Of a DNA stretch of 64,000 bases, positions 27,855 through 37,245 are shown in pieces. Both the position numbers and the translations under genes were made by a program. The first letter of the stretch is position 1. Each line of letters starts with the position of its first letter. Source of the DNA: Gemmatimonadota bacterium (GTDB lineage Bacteria; Gemmatimonadota; Gemmatimonadetes; Palauibacterales; Palauibacteraceae); assembly GCA_963666735.1 (NCBI GenBank), contig OY762926.1, positions 1,440,001-1,504,000 on the forward strand, written 5' to 3'. The notes beneath the pieces were generated by a model that did not search any database, was not told the DNA's origin, and worked only from the letters and a program-made list of their open reading frames with translations.

Positions 27855-28268
27855 TTGAGACGCAGATCACTTAGCCGGCTGGGCGAAACGGAGATGGAGG
27901 TGCTGCAGCGGGTCTGGGCCATGGGCGAGGCGTCGGTGGCCGACGTGCACGACGGCATTCTCAACGCTCGCCCGGTCGCCTACACCACCGTGATGACCGT
28001 CATGAAGAAGCTGGCGCGGAAGGGCTTCCTGCACTGTGACTCCAGCGGTTCCCGCTACCTGTACACGCCCGCGCGTCCGCCTGCGCAGGTCAGGCAGGAA
28101 CTCGTTCAGGACCTCCTCGACCATGTATTCCACGGATCGGCCGCCGCCCTGGTTCAGACTCTGGTCCGGAGCGAGACGCTGTCGGCGGATGAGAGCGCGG
28201 AGATCAAGGCACTCCTGGTTCGCATGGAGGAGGAGGAGGAGGAGCACGAGGAGGACGAGGGTGCTTGA
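27855..28268 (+). CDS. BlaI/MecI/CopY family repressor
   Basis: LGETEMEVLQRVW, AYTTVMTVMKKL and VFHGS; SD AGGAG before the TTG start. Confidence 0.93.
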   Translation: MRRRSLSRLGETEMEVLQRVWAMGEASVADVHDGILNARPVAYTTVMTVMKKLARKGFLHCDSSGSRYLYTPARPPAQVRQELVQDLLDHVFHGSAAALVQTLVRSETLSADESAEIKALLVRMEEEEEEHEEDEGA

Positions 28269-29664
28269 GTTTATCGAAGGAATCGGACAGACGAGTCTCT
28301 GGCCGTTCTGGGTTCCCGTCATCGTCTGGACGGGATTGGCGGGGGCTGCGGCGCTCGCCCTCGGGCTGATGGGAGGACTGCACCCCATCACTGGATACCG
28401 GCTGCACCAGGCGCTCCTGCTGGCCTTGCCGGCGTCGGTGGTGGCGGCTCCATGGGTGCCCGGGTTGTGGCCGCGCGCGGCTGTTCCCAGCCGCCTGTTT
28501 CCGTCGGTACCCGGTGCCGAGGCGACGTCACCCCTGCCTCACGCGGTTCCTCTCGCGCCGAATCCCGGCGCCGGAGTGGACATCGCATGGACGCTGCTGG
28601 GGGCGCTGACCCTCGTGGTTCTGCTGCTGGCGGTCGTCCGCCTCGCTGTGCTGGCGCGCGACCTCCGGCAGCTTCGCCGACTTGGCCTCGCGGCCCCGCG
28701 CATCGACGAATCGGCACCGCGCCGCGCGTTGGAGAAACTGGCCCGGCAACTCGGCGTGCGGCGATCGGTCGTACTGCTGGAGGGACCGCCGGGCAGCGCC
28801 CCCATGACTTTCGGGGTGTGGCGACCCGTCGTCGTTCTGCCGCGCGCCCAGCTGGATGCCCCCGACTCGCTTGCAACGGCGCTCGCGCACGAACTCACTC
28901 ACATCCGCCGGGCCGACTCCCTCTCGGCCCTGCTCGACTGCCTCACATCGGCCGCCTTCGGGTTTCACCCTCTGGTCCGACTGCTGCGGCGGAGAATCGA
29001 GCGCTGCCGGGAGACGTCCTGCGACGCCGAGTTGCTGGCACAGGGCCTCGTCCGTCCAGCTGCGTACGCCGAACTGCTGGCGCACACCCACACGCCCCAG
29101 CAATTCCCGCTACCCGCGATCGCCGCCAGCCTCTCGGCACCGTCCCTCACACTCAAGGAAAGGTTGGAAACCATGAAACGCTTCGCAGACACCCGTTTGA
29201 CGTTCCGGCGGCGCATCGGCCTCGTCGTTGGCACCGGGCTCCTCTTCCTTGTCAGCGCGACGGTAGGTGCGTGCGCGGCGGACACCGCGGGCGACGCCTC
29301 CGCCCAGGACGATGCTCTGGCCCAGCTATCCGAACTCGAATTCGATGAGACTGCGCCGCAACGCTACGTGATACCGCTGGAGATCGGCCCCGGGGGGTCG
29401 GTGCAGCGCATGTCCGAGGAGAGAGTGCAGGAGGAACTGGCGCGACTCGAAATACAGGTTCAGTACCTCCAGGGGCGGATGGAAGAGATCTGGGAGACGA
29501 TGGCCCAACTCGATACGACGGATCTGCACTCTTACAGGATGGAAGAGCTGTACCTCTCTGAACGAATCGGGCTGCTGCGAGAGATGCACAACGAGGCTGT
29601 GAAGAGGTCCGAACTCGTCAAGCTGGCATACGAAACGGAGAACAGACTCCAGGGTCGGCCGTGA
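28261..29664 (+). CDS. M56 (BlaR1-like) membrane metallopeptidase with a non-canonical C-terminal domain
   Basis: PMTFG..RPVVVLP, AHELTH, FHPLV, RETSCD and LKERL; GTG start overlaps blaI. Confidence 0.9.
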   Translation: MLEFIEGIGQTSLWPFWVPVIVWTGLAGAAALALGLMGGLHPITGYRLHQALLLALPASVVAAPWVPGLWPRAAVPSRLFPSVPGAEATSPLPHAVPLAPNPGAGVDIAWTLLGALTLVVLLLAVVRLAVLARDLRQLRRLGLAAPRIDESAPRRALEKLARQLGVRRSVVLLEGPPGSAPMTFGVWRPVVVLPRAQLDAPDSLATALAHELTHIRRADSLSALLDCLTSAAFGFHPLVRLLRRRIERCRETSCDAELLAQGLVRPAAYAELLAHTHTPQQFPLPAIAASLSAPSLTLKERLETMKRFADTRLTFRRRIGLVVGTGLLFLVSATVGACAADTAGDASAQDDALAQLSELEFDETAPQRYVIPLEIGPGGSVQRMSEERVQEELARLEIQVQYLQGRMEEIWETMAQLDTTDLHSYRMEELYLSERIGLLREMHNEAVKRSELVKLAYETENRLQGRP

Positions 29665-30731
29665 ACGACCTGTGGCACGGGTTCGCGGTCGCCCTCGCCC
29701 TTCTCGTCCACTCCGCCTGCGGCGTTCCCGAAGGCGATCTTCCTCCCCCCGGCCCTTCGCTCGGCGACTGGACTGAGGCCGTGCGCATCGGTCGGCTCGA
29801 GGGGCCGGACGAGGAGGTGTTCGGGAACATCCGGTCGGCGGCGCTGCTCGAGAGGGGCGGCGTGGTGATCCTCGACGACCAGGGCGCCCGCGCGATCGGC
29901 TTTGACGAGCAGGGCACCCACGCCTTCACACTCGGGCGCAGAGGCGAGGGGCCCGGCGAGTTCGTCGACCCGTCCGCGCTCTTCCGCGTCTCCGACGACA
30001 CGCTGGCGTTCCTGAATCGGAGCGCCCGCACTCTGCAGCTGTTCGCCCGAGGACCTCCCGCGGGCACCTTCGCCGAGGTCGGGCGACACGAACTGCCCTT
30101 CTGGCCATCGTCCGGCTGTTCGATGCATGGACGGATCTTCATCCTCGGCGGCTACGAGGATCTGGCCGTGCACGAGGTCGACCGCGCGGGCGTACTTCTG
30201 AACTCCTTCCCGGCGAGCGACTATGCCGACGAAGCGGTCGAGGGCGCTGCCGAGGCCATCGCGTGGGACCTGCGCGACCAGGCCCGGAGCGGACTCCTGG
30301 TTTGCTCGGAGGCCTCGCGCCATGTGATTCATGTCCCCCGCTACCTCGGCTGGGGGCGCGCGTACACGGCTGCGGGCGACCTGGCCTGGCATTCGTCTTT
30401 CCCGGATTTCGTGAAGAGGATGGTCGTCCCGGCGGCCGGCGGCGCCGCCGTCAAGTACGAGTTCGACCCGGACTTCAAGTTCAGCCACGCCGTGGTCGGG
30501 GCGGCCCCTGTGGCGGACACTCACCTGGTGCTGTCGATGGCCGTTTCCGTCCCCCGAGGTCAGGAGCCGGAGGTGGAAGGCCTGCTCGCGCTGCTTGATC
30601 TCGCCACGGGCGCACAAACGCGGCGCGACGAGACCGGCGCCGTCGTGATGTCGGGACTTGGAGATCGCCTCGCCGTGGTGTACCGGGAGCCGTTTCCCAC
30701 GCTGGCGGTCCTCCAGCGGGGGCAGCAGTGA
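29661..30731 (+). CDS. 6-bladed beta-propeller lipoprotein
   Basis: Lipobox SAC; IGRLEGPDEEVFG and GRRGEGPGEF; GTGA overlap with the M56 gene. Confidence 0.8.
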   Translation: MNDLWHGFAVALALLVHSACGVPEGDLPPPGPSLGDWTEAVRIGRLEGPDEEVFGNIRSAALLERGGVVILDDQGARAIGFDEQGTHAFTLGRRGEGPGEFVDPSALFRVSDDTLAFLNRSARTLQLFARGPPAGTFAEVGRHELPFWPSSGCSMHGRIFILGGYEDLAVHEVDRAGVLLNSFPASDYADEAVEGAAEAIAWDLRDQARSGLLVCSEASRHVIHVPRYLGWGRAYTAAGDLAWHSSFPDFVKRMVVPAAGGAAVKYEFDPDFKFSHAVVGAAPVADTHLVLSMAVSVPRGQEPEVEGLLALLDLATGAQTRRDETGAVVMSGLGDRLAVVYREPFPTLAVLQRGQQ

Positions 30732-30741
30732 GGCGCGCCGG

Positions 30742-31986
30742 CTAGCCGGCGGTCGGCCTGAGGAGGAAGAGGCCCTCGCGACGGCTGGAGAGGAGGATCG
30801 TCCCGCTCTCGAAGAAGGGATAGATGCTCCAGGCGCCGCCGAACCCTCCTTCGTCACCCCGGGCCGGGGTCGTGTCGAAGCTGCCGGCCGCGACGGGGGT
30901 CTCGGGATCGGTGAGATCGAGTACGAGGAGACCCCCGAGGTTGTTCGCCATGTAGAGCCGGTCGCCGTGCACGTACAGGTTGTGAGTGGTAGCCTTCGCC
31001 GGACCGAAGTACTCGTTCATCAGCACGGGATCGTCGAGATCGCTGACGTCGAACACGAGGACGCGAGGTCCAGCCATCTCCCGGATGAATCCAGCGAGTT
31101 CGTCGTTACCGTAGAAGAAGCGGTGGTCCTCGCTGAACCACCCCTGATGCGCGTACCCGACGTTGGGGTAGGAGATATCCGACAGCGGGACTGGATTCGT
31201 CTTGTCCGTGACGTCGGCGAAGGAGAACGCGGTCTCGTTCCCGCCGGCGCAGATCTCCCGGCCCTGATGGTCCTCATCGGGACCCCGGTAGCTGACGCAC
31301 TGCGTGTCGTGGGTGTAGCCCGTGCCCCGGCGACCCGTGCCGTAGTGGGCGAAGCAGCCCGCGAAGGCGGGGTTCAGCGGATCGTTGATGTCGACGATGT
31401 GCGAACCCCCATCGCACGTCTCGCCCTCCCCCGCCGAACCGACCAGATAGGCGAAGCCGGTCTCCTCGTCGAGGGCGATATTGTGGCTCGACTCGACTCC
31501 GTCGTACGTCGTCGCCGGCGCGAACTCCCGCACTTCCTCCGCGTCCCGGAGCCGCGTCAGGTCAAAGACCTGCATGCCGTGGCGGACCGTCCCTCCCGCG
31601 ACGACGAACAGGTGGTCCCGGAACACCTTGACGTCCCGCCACCGGCTGGGTTCGCTGCCTTCGGTCGCGGGGAGGGCGCCCACATAGCGCGGCCGGAGCG
31701 GGTCGCTGACGTCGATGAACGCCGTCCCGTTCGTTCGTCCCACGATGGCGTATTCCTTCCCCGTCTCGGGATCGACCCACCCCCACACGTCGTTGAGCAG
31801 GGTGTCCCCACCGGCTTCGAGTTGCTCGGGCGTGACGACCGCAAGCAGATCCACGCGATCACACGGAAACCCGTCGGCCGTACCGCCTTCGCAGCGCACC
31901 TGCGCCAAGGCAGGCGCAACGGCGAGCGTCCACGCGCACGCGGCAACGGTGACACCACGAACCGGAGTGCGACCATCGCTCTTCAT
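30742..31986 (-). CDS. Choice-of-anchor B family protein (LVIVD repeats), short form
   Basis: NDVWGW.DPETGKEYA, WRDVKV, YTHDTQCV, YAHQGW and GAWSIYPFFESG. Confidence 0.88.
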   Translation of the reverse strand: MKSDGRTPVRGVTVAACAWTLAVAPALAQVRCEGGTADGFPCDRVDLLAVVTPEQLEAGGDTLLNDVWGWVDPETGKEYAIVGRTNGTAFIDVSDPLRPRYVGALPATEGSEPSRWRDVKVFRDHLFVVAGGTVRHGMQVFDLTRLRDAEEVREFAPATTYDGVESSHNIALDEETGFAYLVGSAGEGETCDGGSHIVDINDPLNPAFAGCFAHYGTGRRGTGYTHDTQCVSYRGPDEDHQGREICAGGNETAFSFADVTDKTNPVPLSDISYPNVGYAHQGWFSEDHRFFYGNDELAGFIREMAGPRVLVFDVSDLDDPVLMNEYFGPAKATTHNLYVHGDRLYMANNLGGLLVLDLTDPETPVAAGSFDTTPARGDEGGFGGAWSIYPFFESGTILLSSRREGLFLLRPTAG

Positions 31987-31989
31987 TCT

Positions 31990-33213
31990 CTACACGACCC
32001 GCCACCACGGGGCGGCGAGTGCGTGCGGGCCGAGCCACTCGAGCGAGGTCCCGGCGTGGAGCAACAGGCCGGCGCGCGCCATCTCGCCGTGCTCGTCCCG
32101 GAATGTCTTCAGGTGCCGTGCGTCGCGGAGGCGAGGTCGTGTCGTGGCCTTGACTTCGATCGGCAGCAGCGAGTCTCCCGTCTCGATCACGAAGTCCACC
32201 TCCTCCCCTACCGTGGTGCGCCAGTGCAGGATCTCCGCCCGGCCAAGTCGGGCGTCACGCCAAGCCAACAGGCTCTGCAGCACGAGGTTCTCGAGGTGGG
32301 CTCCGCGGGGCTCGCTTTCCCCGGCGAGGCTCAGCGCCAGACCGGTGTCCCCCCAGTAGAGTTTGGGGGACTTCGTGAGTCGTTTGGTGCGATTGACCGA
32401 ATAGGCGGGAATCCGCACGAGGAGATACGACGTCTCGAGCAGGTTCAGGTATCGGTTGACCGTCGGCTGCGGGAGTCCGATGTCACGCCCGAGCGCCGTC
32501 TGGTTTACGAGGCCGCCGATACGCAGGCAGGCTGCCCGCATCAGGCGCCGGAAGTCCGGGAGGGCGGCGATCGAGGAGAGCGCCTGCAGATCTCGTTCCA
32601 GGTACGTCCGGACGTAGCCATCAAACCAGATTTCGCGCTCTCCGGCATCGCGGAGATGGACGGCGGGTACCGGAAAACCCCCACGCCGGGCCAGGGCGCG
32701 CCAGTCCTCGGCGTCGGCCGGCTCCGCGCCGAGGAGATCGCGCCAACCGGCGTCACCGGTCTCGATCAGATCCTCCCAGCCGCCGCCCTTCCCTCGCCCC
32801 AGCTGCTCCTGGTGCGTCATCGGCCACAGGGTCAGATAGCTGGCCCGCCCCGCAAGCGACTCCGAGACACGGCGCATCATGAGCAGGTTCGCGGAGCCCG
32901 TGAGCAGGAACTGGCCAGGTCGGCGATCACTATCGATCGCGCGCTTGACGGCGCTCAGCAGACCCGGCTCACGCTGGACCTCGTCGAGCGTCACGTGCTC
33001 CGCTCCCCTCACCAGGGAGTCGGGATCGCGCCGAGCCAGATCGAGCAGGTCAAGGTCGTCAAGCGACAGATAGCGACGCCCCTCCGGCCCGCACTGGCGC
33101 GCGAGCGTACTCTTCCCGGTCTGGCGCGCCCCGGCCACGACGACGGCGGGCATGACCCGCATCCTGGCCTTGAGAGCTTGCGTCACGAAACGGGGGAGCG
33201 GAAATCTATTCAT
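31990..33213 (-). CDS. ATP-binding protein (AAA_14 plus DUF4143, C-terminal PD-(D/E)xK-like)
   Basis: GARQTGKST, LDEVQ, LTGSA, ESLAGR, GGFP, KSPKLY.GDTG and EVDFV...IEVK. Confidence 0.9.
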   Translation of the reverse strand: MNRFPLPRFVTQALKARMRVMPAVVVAGARQTGKSTLARQCGPEGRRYLSLDDLDLLDLARRDPDSLVRGAEHVTLDEVQREPGLLSAVKRAIDSDRRPGQFLLTGSANLLMMRRVSESLAGRASYLTLWPMTHQEQLGRGKGGGWEDLIETGDAGWRDLLGAEPADAEDWRALARRGGFPVPAVHLRDAGEREIWFDGYVRTYLERDLQALSSIAALPDFRRLMRAACLRIGGLVNQTALGRDIGLPQPTVNRYLNLLETSYLLVRIPAYSVNRTKRLTKSPKLYWGDTGLALSLAGESEPRGAHLENLVLQSLLAWRDARLGRAEILHWRTTVGEEVDFVIETGDSLLPIEVKATTRPRLRDARHLKTFRDEHGEMARAGLLLHAGTSLEWLGPHALAAPWWRVV

Positions 33214-33217
33214 ATCG

Positions 33218-33234
33218 TGAATGATAATCATTCA
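33218..33234. promoter_or_regulatory. Palindrome TGAATGAT-A-ATCATTCA (Fur-box-like)
   Basis: Perfect 8-1-8 inverted repeat 4 nt upstream of ATG 33213; 14 of 19 positions match GATAATGATAATCATTATC. Confidence 0.55.
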
Positions 33235-33329
33235 TACCGTGAATAGAAAGATCGACTCCGAACCTTCAGTAGCGCACCGGCCCACCACTTTGGGCTGACG
33301 TCAAGCTTCGTCCAAACCGCTTCCCGGGT

Positions 33330-34583
33330 TCAGAAGGTGCAGTCACCCGAGGTGACCGGCTGGCCGTCGTTCCTCTCCAGGCGGAGATGAACGACATATT
33401 CTACGTCAAAGGCGCCTCTTGTAACCCCCAGAATGCCCGATGCGCCAACCGGTAGCCACGGGCTGACATCCAGCGGTACCGGCGGTGTCGCCGACCCCAG
33501 GTAACGCCCACAGCGGTCGAACACGTCCCACGAATCCTCGCTCGGGGCCGAGGCCCTCCGCCGCACCCACAACCATCCGTTACGCCCCACTCGGAGGTGG
33601 CGGATCAGCGGCTTGTGCGTCGGCAGCTCGGCAGCGGAGAACGCCGTCGTGTTGCGGGCAATGCTGTCGCGCTCGGATGCGGACAGCGGCTCGGGCGCGC
33701 GAGCGAGCTCCACGGTCCGGATCGTGTCCCCGGCCAGCGTCACGCGGTGCAGCCGATAGCTTCCGGTTTGCGCGAGCCAGATATCGCCGGAGGGGTCTAC
33801 GTCCCACACCGTCTCGCTGCGCATCGGCAGGGATCCCATGATGTGTCCCGTTGCGCCGCCACGCGTAACCGTGCGTTCGACGCGGTTCTCCTCGAACCCG
33901 ATGAACAGCTCTCCCGCGGGAGAGACCAGGCTATCGCCTAACACGCGCAGCTTCCGAACCGAGATACGGAGCGTCTCGGTGGAGGGATCCATCCCCAGCG
34001 GGCTACGTAGCGTACTGTATATGCCATCCAACGTGTCGGCACGACCGGTCCACACGAAGATGCCGCCGAGGGCATAGCGGGCTTCGCCAACGTGACCGAG
34101 CGAATCAAGAGACATGAGCGTCGGCGGCGCGCCGATCCAGAGACGGTTGGGCTCCTGCCAAAGTAGATTGAGTGGAAACACGGAGGGAGGGATCTCCCCC
34201 GGGCCCGAACCGCGTCGGGCCATGACCCGCAGGAACTCTCCATCGGGCGTGAAGGCACGCACTTCAGCCGCGATGCGGTCGCCCACATAGACAACGCCGT
34301 TCCGTCCCACCGCGAGAGAGCCCACGTTGCCGAAGACATCGGGGCCAGTACCTTCGATGGTGCCAATGCTCAAGACTTCTACGAGGCGCAGCGTTGTTGC
34401 GCTGCCGGGGTCGGGATGCCTCACCACGACACGCCCCGTCTCCAGCGTCTCGACCGCGACGCCCGCGCCTCCGTCCGTCTGGCCGCACGCCCCGTACACC
34501 GTCAACAGCAGGAGGGTCGCGGCACGCCGCCTTCCGCGGGCTACGGCCGTATCCCGCACTCCGAGTCCCAGTCGTAGTACCAT
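33330..34583 (-). CDS. 6-bladed beta-propeller lipoprotein
   Basis: Lipobox YGAC; IGTIEGTGPDVFG, RRGSGPGE and WDVFD..GRYLG. Start uncertain. Confidence 0.8.
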   Translation of the reverse strand: MVLRLGLGVRDTAVARGRRRAATLLLLTVYGACGQTDGGAGVAVETLETGRVVVRHPDPGSATTLRLVEVLSIGTIEGTGPDVFGNVGSLAVGRNGVVYVGDRIAAEVRAFTPDGEFLRVMARRGSGPGEIPPSVFPLNLLWQEPNRLWIGAPPTLMSLDSLGHVGEARYALGGIFVWTGRADTLDGIYSTLRSPLGMDPSTETLRISVRKLRVLGDSLVSPAGELFIGFEENRVERTVTRGGATGHIMGSLPMRSETVWDVDPSGDIWLAQTGSYRLHRVTLAGDTIRTVELARAPEPLSASERDSIARNTTAFSAAELPTHKPLIRHLRVGRNGWLWVRRRASAPSEDSWDVFDRCGRYLGSATPPVPLDVSPWLPVGASGILGVTRGAFDVEYVVHLRLERNDGQPVTSGDCTF

Positions 34584-35359
34584 ATCTCGGTCAACCGGAC
34601 GTCGAACAACTCCTCACCCCGGCCGACTCGCAGCTCCTGGACCGTACCCGGCCGCGACTCGCGCCACATTGTGGGGGGGCCTCTCGCATCCTGCCCGTTG
34701 ACAAGAATGAGGGCGTCCCCCGCGCGCAGGCCGGCGTCGGCGGCGGGGGAGCAGGGGTGGACCTCGAAGATGACCGGATACCGGGCCTCGGAGGCCGGCG
34801 GAATAACCGTAAGGTTGCCATCCTCGTCGCGCCGAGGGGTAAGGGGCCCGCCGAAGGGATCGTAGGAGAAACCTCTGAAGCCCCGTTTGGCCCCCGGCGC
34901 CTCCCGGCGCACCTGGGAGCGGCTCCATGATGCCGCCCTCTCACATGCTGGATCCCAGTCGCCGTGCGAGATCGCCGTCAACGAGACGTCAAACAACTCG
35001 CCGCCGCGGCGAATTCTCAGTTCTCGAATGGCACCGGGATGCAATCTGCCCCAAACACGGGCGGGAGACCCTCTTGCGTCCTGCCCGTCGACGAGAACGA
35101 TAGCATCTCCCGTGCGGAGGCCGGCTTCATCGGCAGGCGTACACGCCCAAACGACACCGATTGTCGGATGGGGGCGCTCGCCCGCACTATCCCGCACCAC
35201 GTTGCCGTTCGCGTCGAGCGACAGAGTTAGCGGGCGGCCGGGGTCGAACCTGACCGCGAAACCCGTCCAGCCTTGCGTCGGCTCCATTAGTTGCTGGCCC
35301 GACACCGACCTGGGCCATGGCGAGGCCAACAGAACGGCCAGCGCCAGCGCGCGGGTCAC
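34541..35359 (-). CDS. Secreted tandem PDZ-domain protein
   Basis: Signal peptide; two ~110-aa repeats with (T/S)PA..AGLR.GDA..LV(D/N)GQDARG. Confidence 0.8.
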   Translation of the reverse strand: MTRALALAVLLASPWPRSVSGQQLMEPTQGWTGFAVRFDPGRPLTLSLDANGNVVRDSAGERPHPTIGVVWACTPADEAGLRTGDAIVLVDGQDARGSPARVWGRLHPGAIRELRIRRGGELFDVSLTAISHGDWDPACERAASWSRSQVRREAPGAKRGFRGFSYDPFGGPLTPRRDEDGNLTVIPPASEARYPVIFEVHPCSPAADAGLRAGDALILVNGQDARGPPTMWRESRPGTVQELRVGRGEELFDVRLTEIWYYDWDSECGIRP

Positions 35360-35527
35360 GAGACGCCTCCCCCCACTTTCCCTCTAATATGATGTCTGAC
35401 GATGAGAGATCGTAACGTCATGGCGCAGTGGGGACAAAACCGCCCGCGCCTTCCAGCAGCCGGCTCACGATCCCAAGTGGATGACATCCGCGTCGAGACC
35501 GCCTGCGGAGGCGGGCTCTTCCGCATG

Positions 35528-37207
35528 TCAGTGGCTGTGGGCGTGGATGCCCTGGACCGCCCGGCCCGAGGGGTCGGCCATGCCCGCGAAGGCGGGGTCC
35601 CAGGCGATGGCCGCCGGCGTGCTACACGCGATGCTCGGGCCCTCGGGGACGCAGCGCGCCGCCGGTTCGCCCGGGAAGTGCTGCGCGAAGATCGAGCGGT
35701 AGAGGTACGCTTCCTTCGTGAGCGGCGTGTTCGTCGGGAACCGCGCGGCCGCCCGCGCCAGCTGTCCGTCACTGACCTCCGCCTCGCCGACCTCCTTCAG
35801 GCTGTCGATCCAGGAGTAGCCCACGCCATCGGAGAACTGCTCCTTCTGGCGCCACAGGATCTCGTCCGGGAGGAGTCCCTCGAACGCCTCGCGCAGGATG
35901 TGCTTCTCCATGCTCCCGTCCGCGGGCCGCTTCGACTCCGGGTCCAGCGACATGGCGACGTCGAGGAACTCGCGGTCGAGGAAGGGGACGCGCGCCTCCA
36001 CGCCCCACGCGGCCATCGACTTGTTCGCGCGCAGGCAGTCGTACTTGTGGAGCTGGTCGAGCTTGCGGACGGTCTCCTCGTGGAAGGCCCGCGCGTCCGG
36101 AGCCTTGTGGAAGTACAGGTACCCCCCGAAGACCTCGTCCGCGCCCTCCCCCGAGAGCACCATCTTGATCCCCATCGCCTTGATGCGGCGCGCCATGAGG
36201 TACATTGGGGTCGACGCCCGCACCGTCGTCACGTCGAACGTCTCGAGGTGGCGGATGACGTCGGAGATCGCGTCGAGTCCCTCCTCCAGCGTGTAGACGA
36301 TCTCGTGGTGCACGGTCCCGATCGCTTCGGCGGCCGCGCGGGCCGCCTCCAGGTCCGGGGCGCCCTCCAGCCCGATCGCGAACGAGTGCAGCCGCGGCCA
36401 CCACGCCTCCTCCGCATCCCCGGTCTCCACGCGCCGGCGCGAGAACTTCATGGCCAGCGCCGAGATGATCGACGAGTCGAGGCCGCCCGAGAGGAGTACG
36501 CCGTACGGCACGTCCGACATGAGCTGCCGGTGGACCGCCTCCTCCAGCGCCTCCCGCACCCGGCCGGGATCCGTCGGTCCACCGGCCACCGCATCATATT
36601 CCCGCCACCCCGACCGGTAGTACGGCGTCGGCCGGCCGTCCCCGCTACGGCTGTCGAGCATGTGTCCCGGCGGGAAGTCGTGGATCTCCGGGCAGGTGTC
36701 GATGAGCGCCTTCATCTCCGAGGCGACGTAGAAGCGCCCCTCGATGTCCCGCCCCGTGTAGAGCGGCATGACGCCGATCGGGTCGCGCGCGGCCAGGTAC
36801 CGGTCGCGCGTCTCGTCGTAGAGGGCGAAGGCGAAGATCCCGCTCAGTTCGTTCAGCCACTCCGCGGGTTCGTCGGGGCGCCCCTCGTATAGGGCGAGGA
36901 TGACCTCGCAGTCGGAACGAGTCCGGAACGGATACCCGCGGGCCACCCCCTCTTCGAGCGCCTTGTGGTTGTAGATCTCCCCGTTGACGGCGAGCACCGT
37001 CGAGCGGTCGGGGCCGAACAGCGGCTGCGCCCCGCTCTCAACATCCACGATGGAGAGCCGCTCGTGCGCCAGGATGGCCCGCTCACCCGCGTAGATGCCA
37101 CTCCAGTCCGGGCCGCGGTGCCGCTGGCGACGCGAAAGGTCGAGCGCCCGGCGGCGTAGGCCCGCCGCGCCGGGTTCGATCTCGAAGATGCCGAGGACGG
37201 AACACAT
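35528..37207 (-). CDS. asnB: Asparagine synthase B (glutamine-hydrolysing)
   Basis: N-terminal MC, RHRGPDWSG, NGEIYNH, LSGGLDSS, SGEGADE and WRQKEQFSDGVG. Confidence 0.97.
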   Translation of the reverse strand: MCSVLGIFEIEPGAAGLRRRALDLSRRQRHRGPDWSGIYAGERAILAHERLSIVDVESGAQPLFGPDRSTVLAVNGEIYNHKALEEGVARGYPFRTRSDCEVILALYEGRPDEPAEWLNELSGIFAFALYDETRDRYLAARDPIGVMPLYTGRDIEGRFYVASEMKALIDTCPEIHDFPPGHMLDSRSGDGRPTPYYRSGWREYDAVAGGPTDPGRVREALEEAVHRQLMSDVPYGVLLSGGLDSSIISALAMKFSRRRVETGDAEEAWWPRLHSFAIGLEGAPDLEAARAAAEAIGTVHHEIVYTLEEGLDAISDVIRHLETFDVTTVRASTPMYLMARRIKAMGIKMVLSGEGADEVFGGYLYFHKAPDARAFHEETVRKLDQLHKYDCLRANKSMAAWGVEARVPFLDREFLDVAMSLDPESKRPADGSMEKHILREAFEGLLPDEILWRQKEQFSDGVGYSWIDSLKEVGEAEVSDGQLARAAARFPTNTPLTKEAYLYRSIFAQHFPGEPAARCVPEGPSIACSTPAAIAWDPAFAGMADPSGRAVQGIHAHSH

Positions 37208-37245
37208 GATGGGAAGCGCCCGCCCCTCAGACCCGGGGGAACCGG

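Noticed and set aside
30658..33246. 862-aa plus-strand ORF and similar long ORFs (8266-10374, 21850-23748, 37498-39213, 48300-49958)
   Set aside because: Antisense shadows of well-supported genes, expected in high-GC DNA; no motifs of their own.
33909..33924. Palindrome CTCTCCCGCGGGAGAG
   Set aside because: Shares only the central core with the recurring motif, is a single intragenic copy, and is plausible by chance at this GC content.
35495..35518. GC hairpin downstream of asnB
   Set aside because: No U-tract on the asnB strand, so I did not call it as a terminator.
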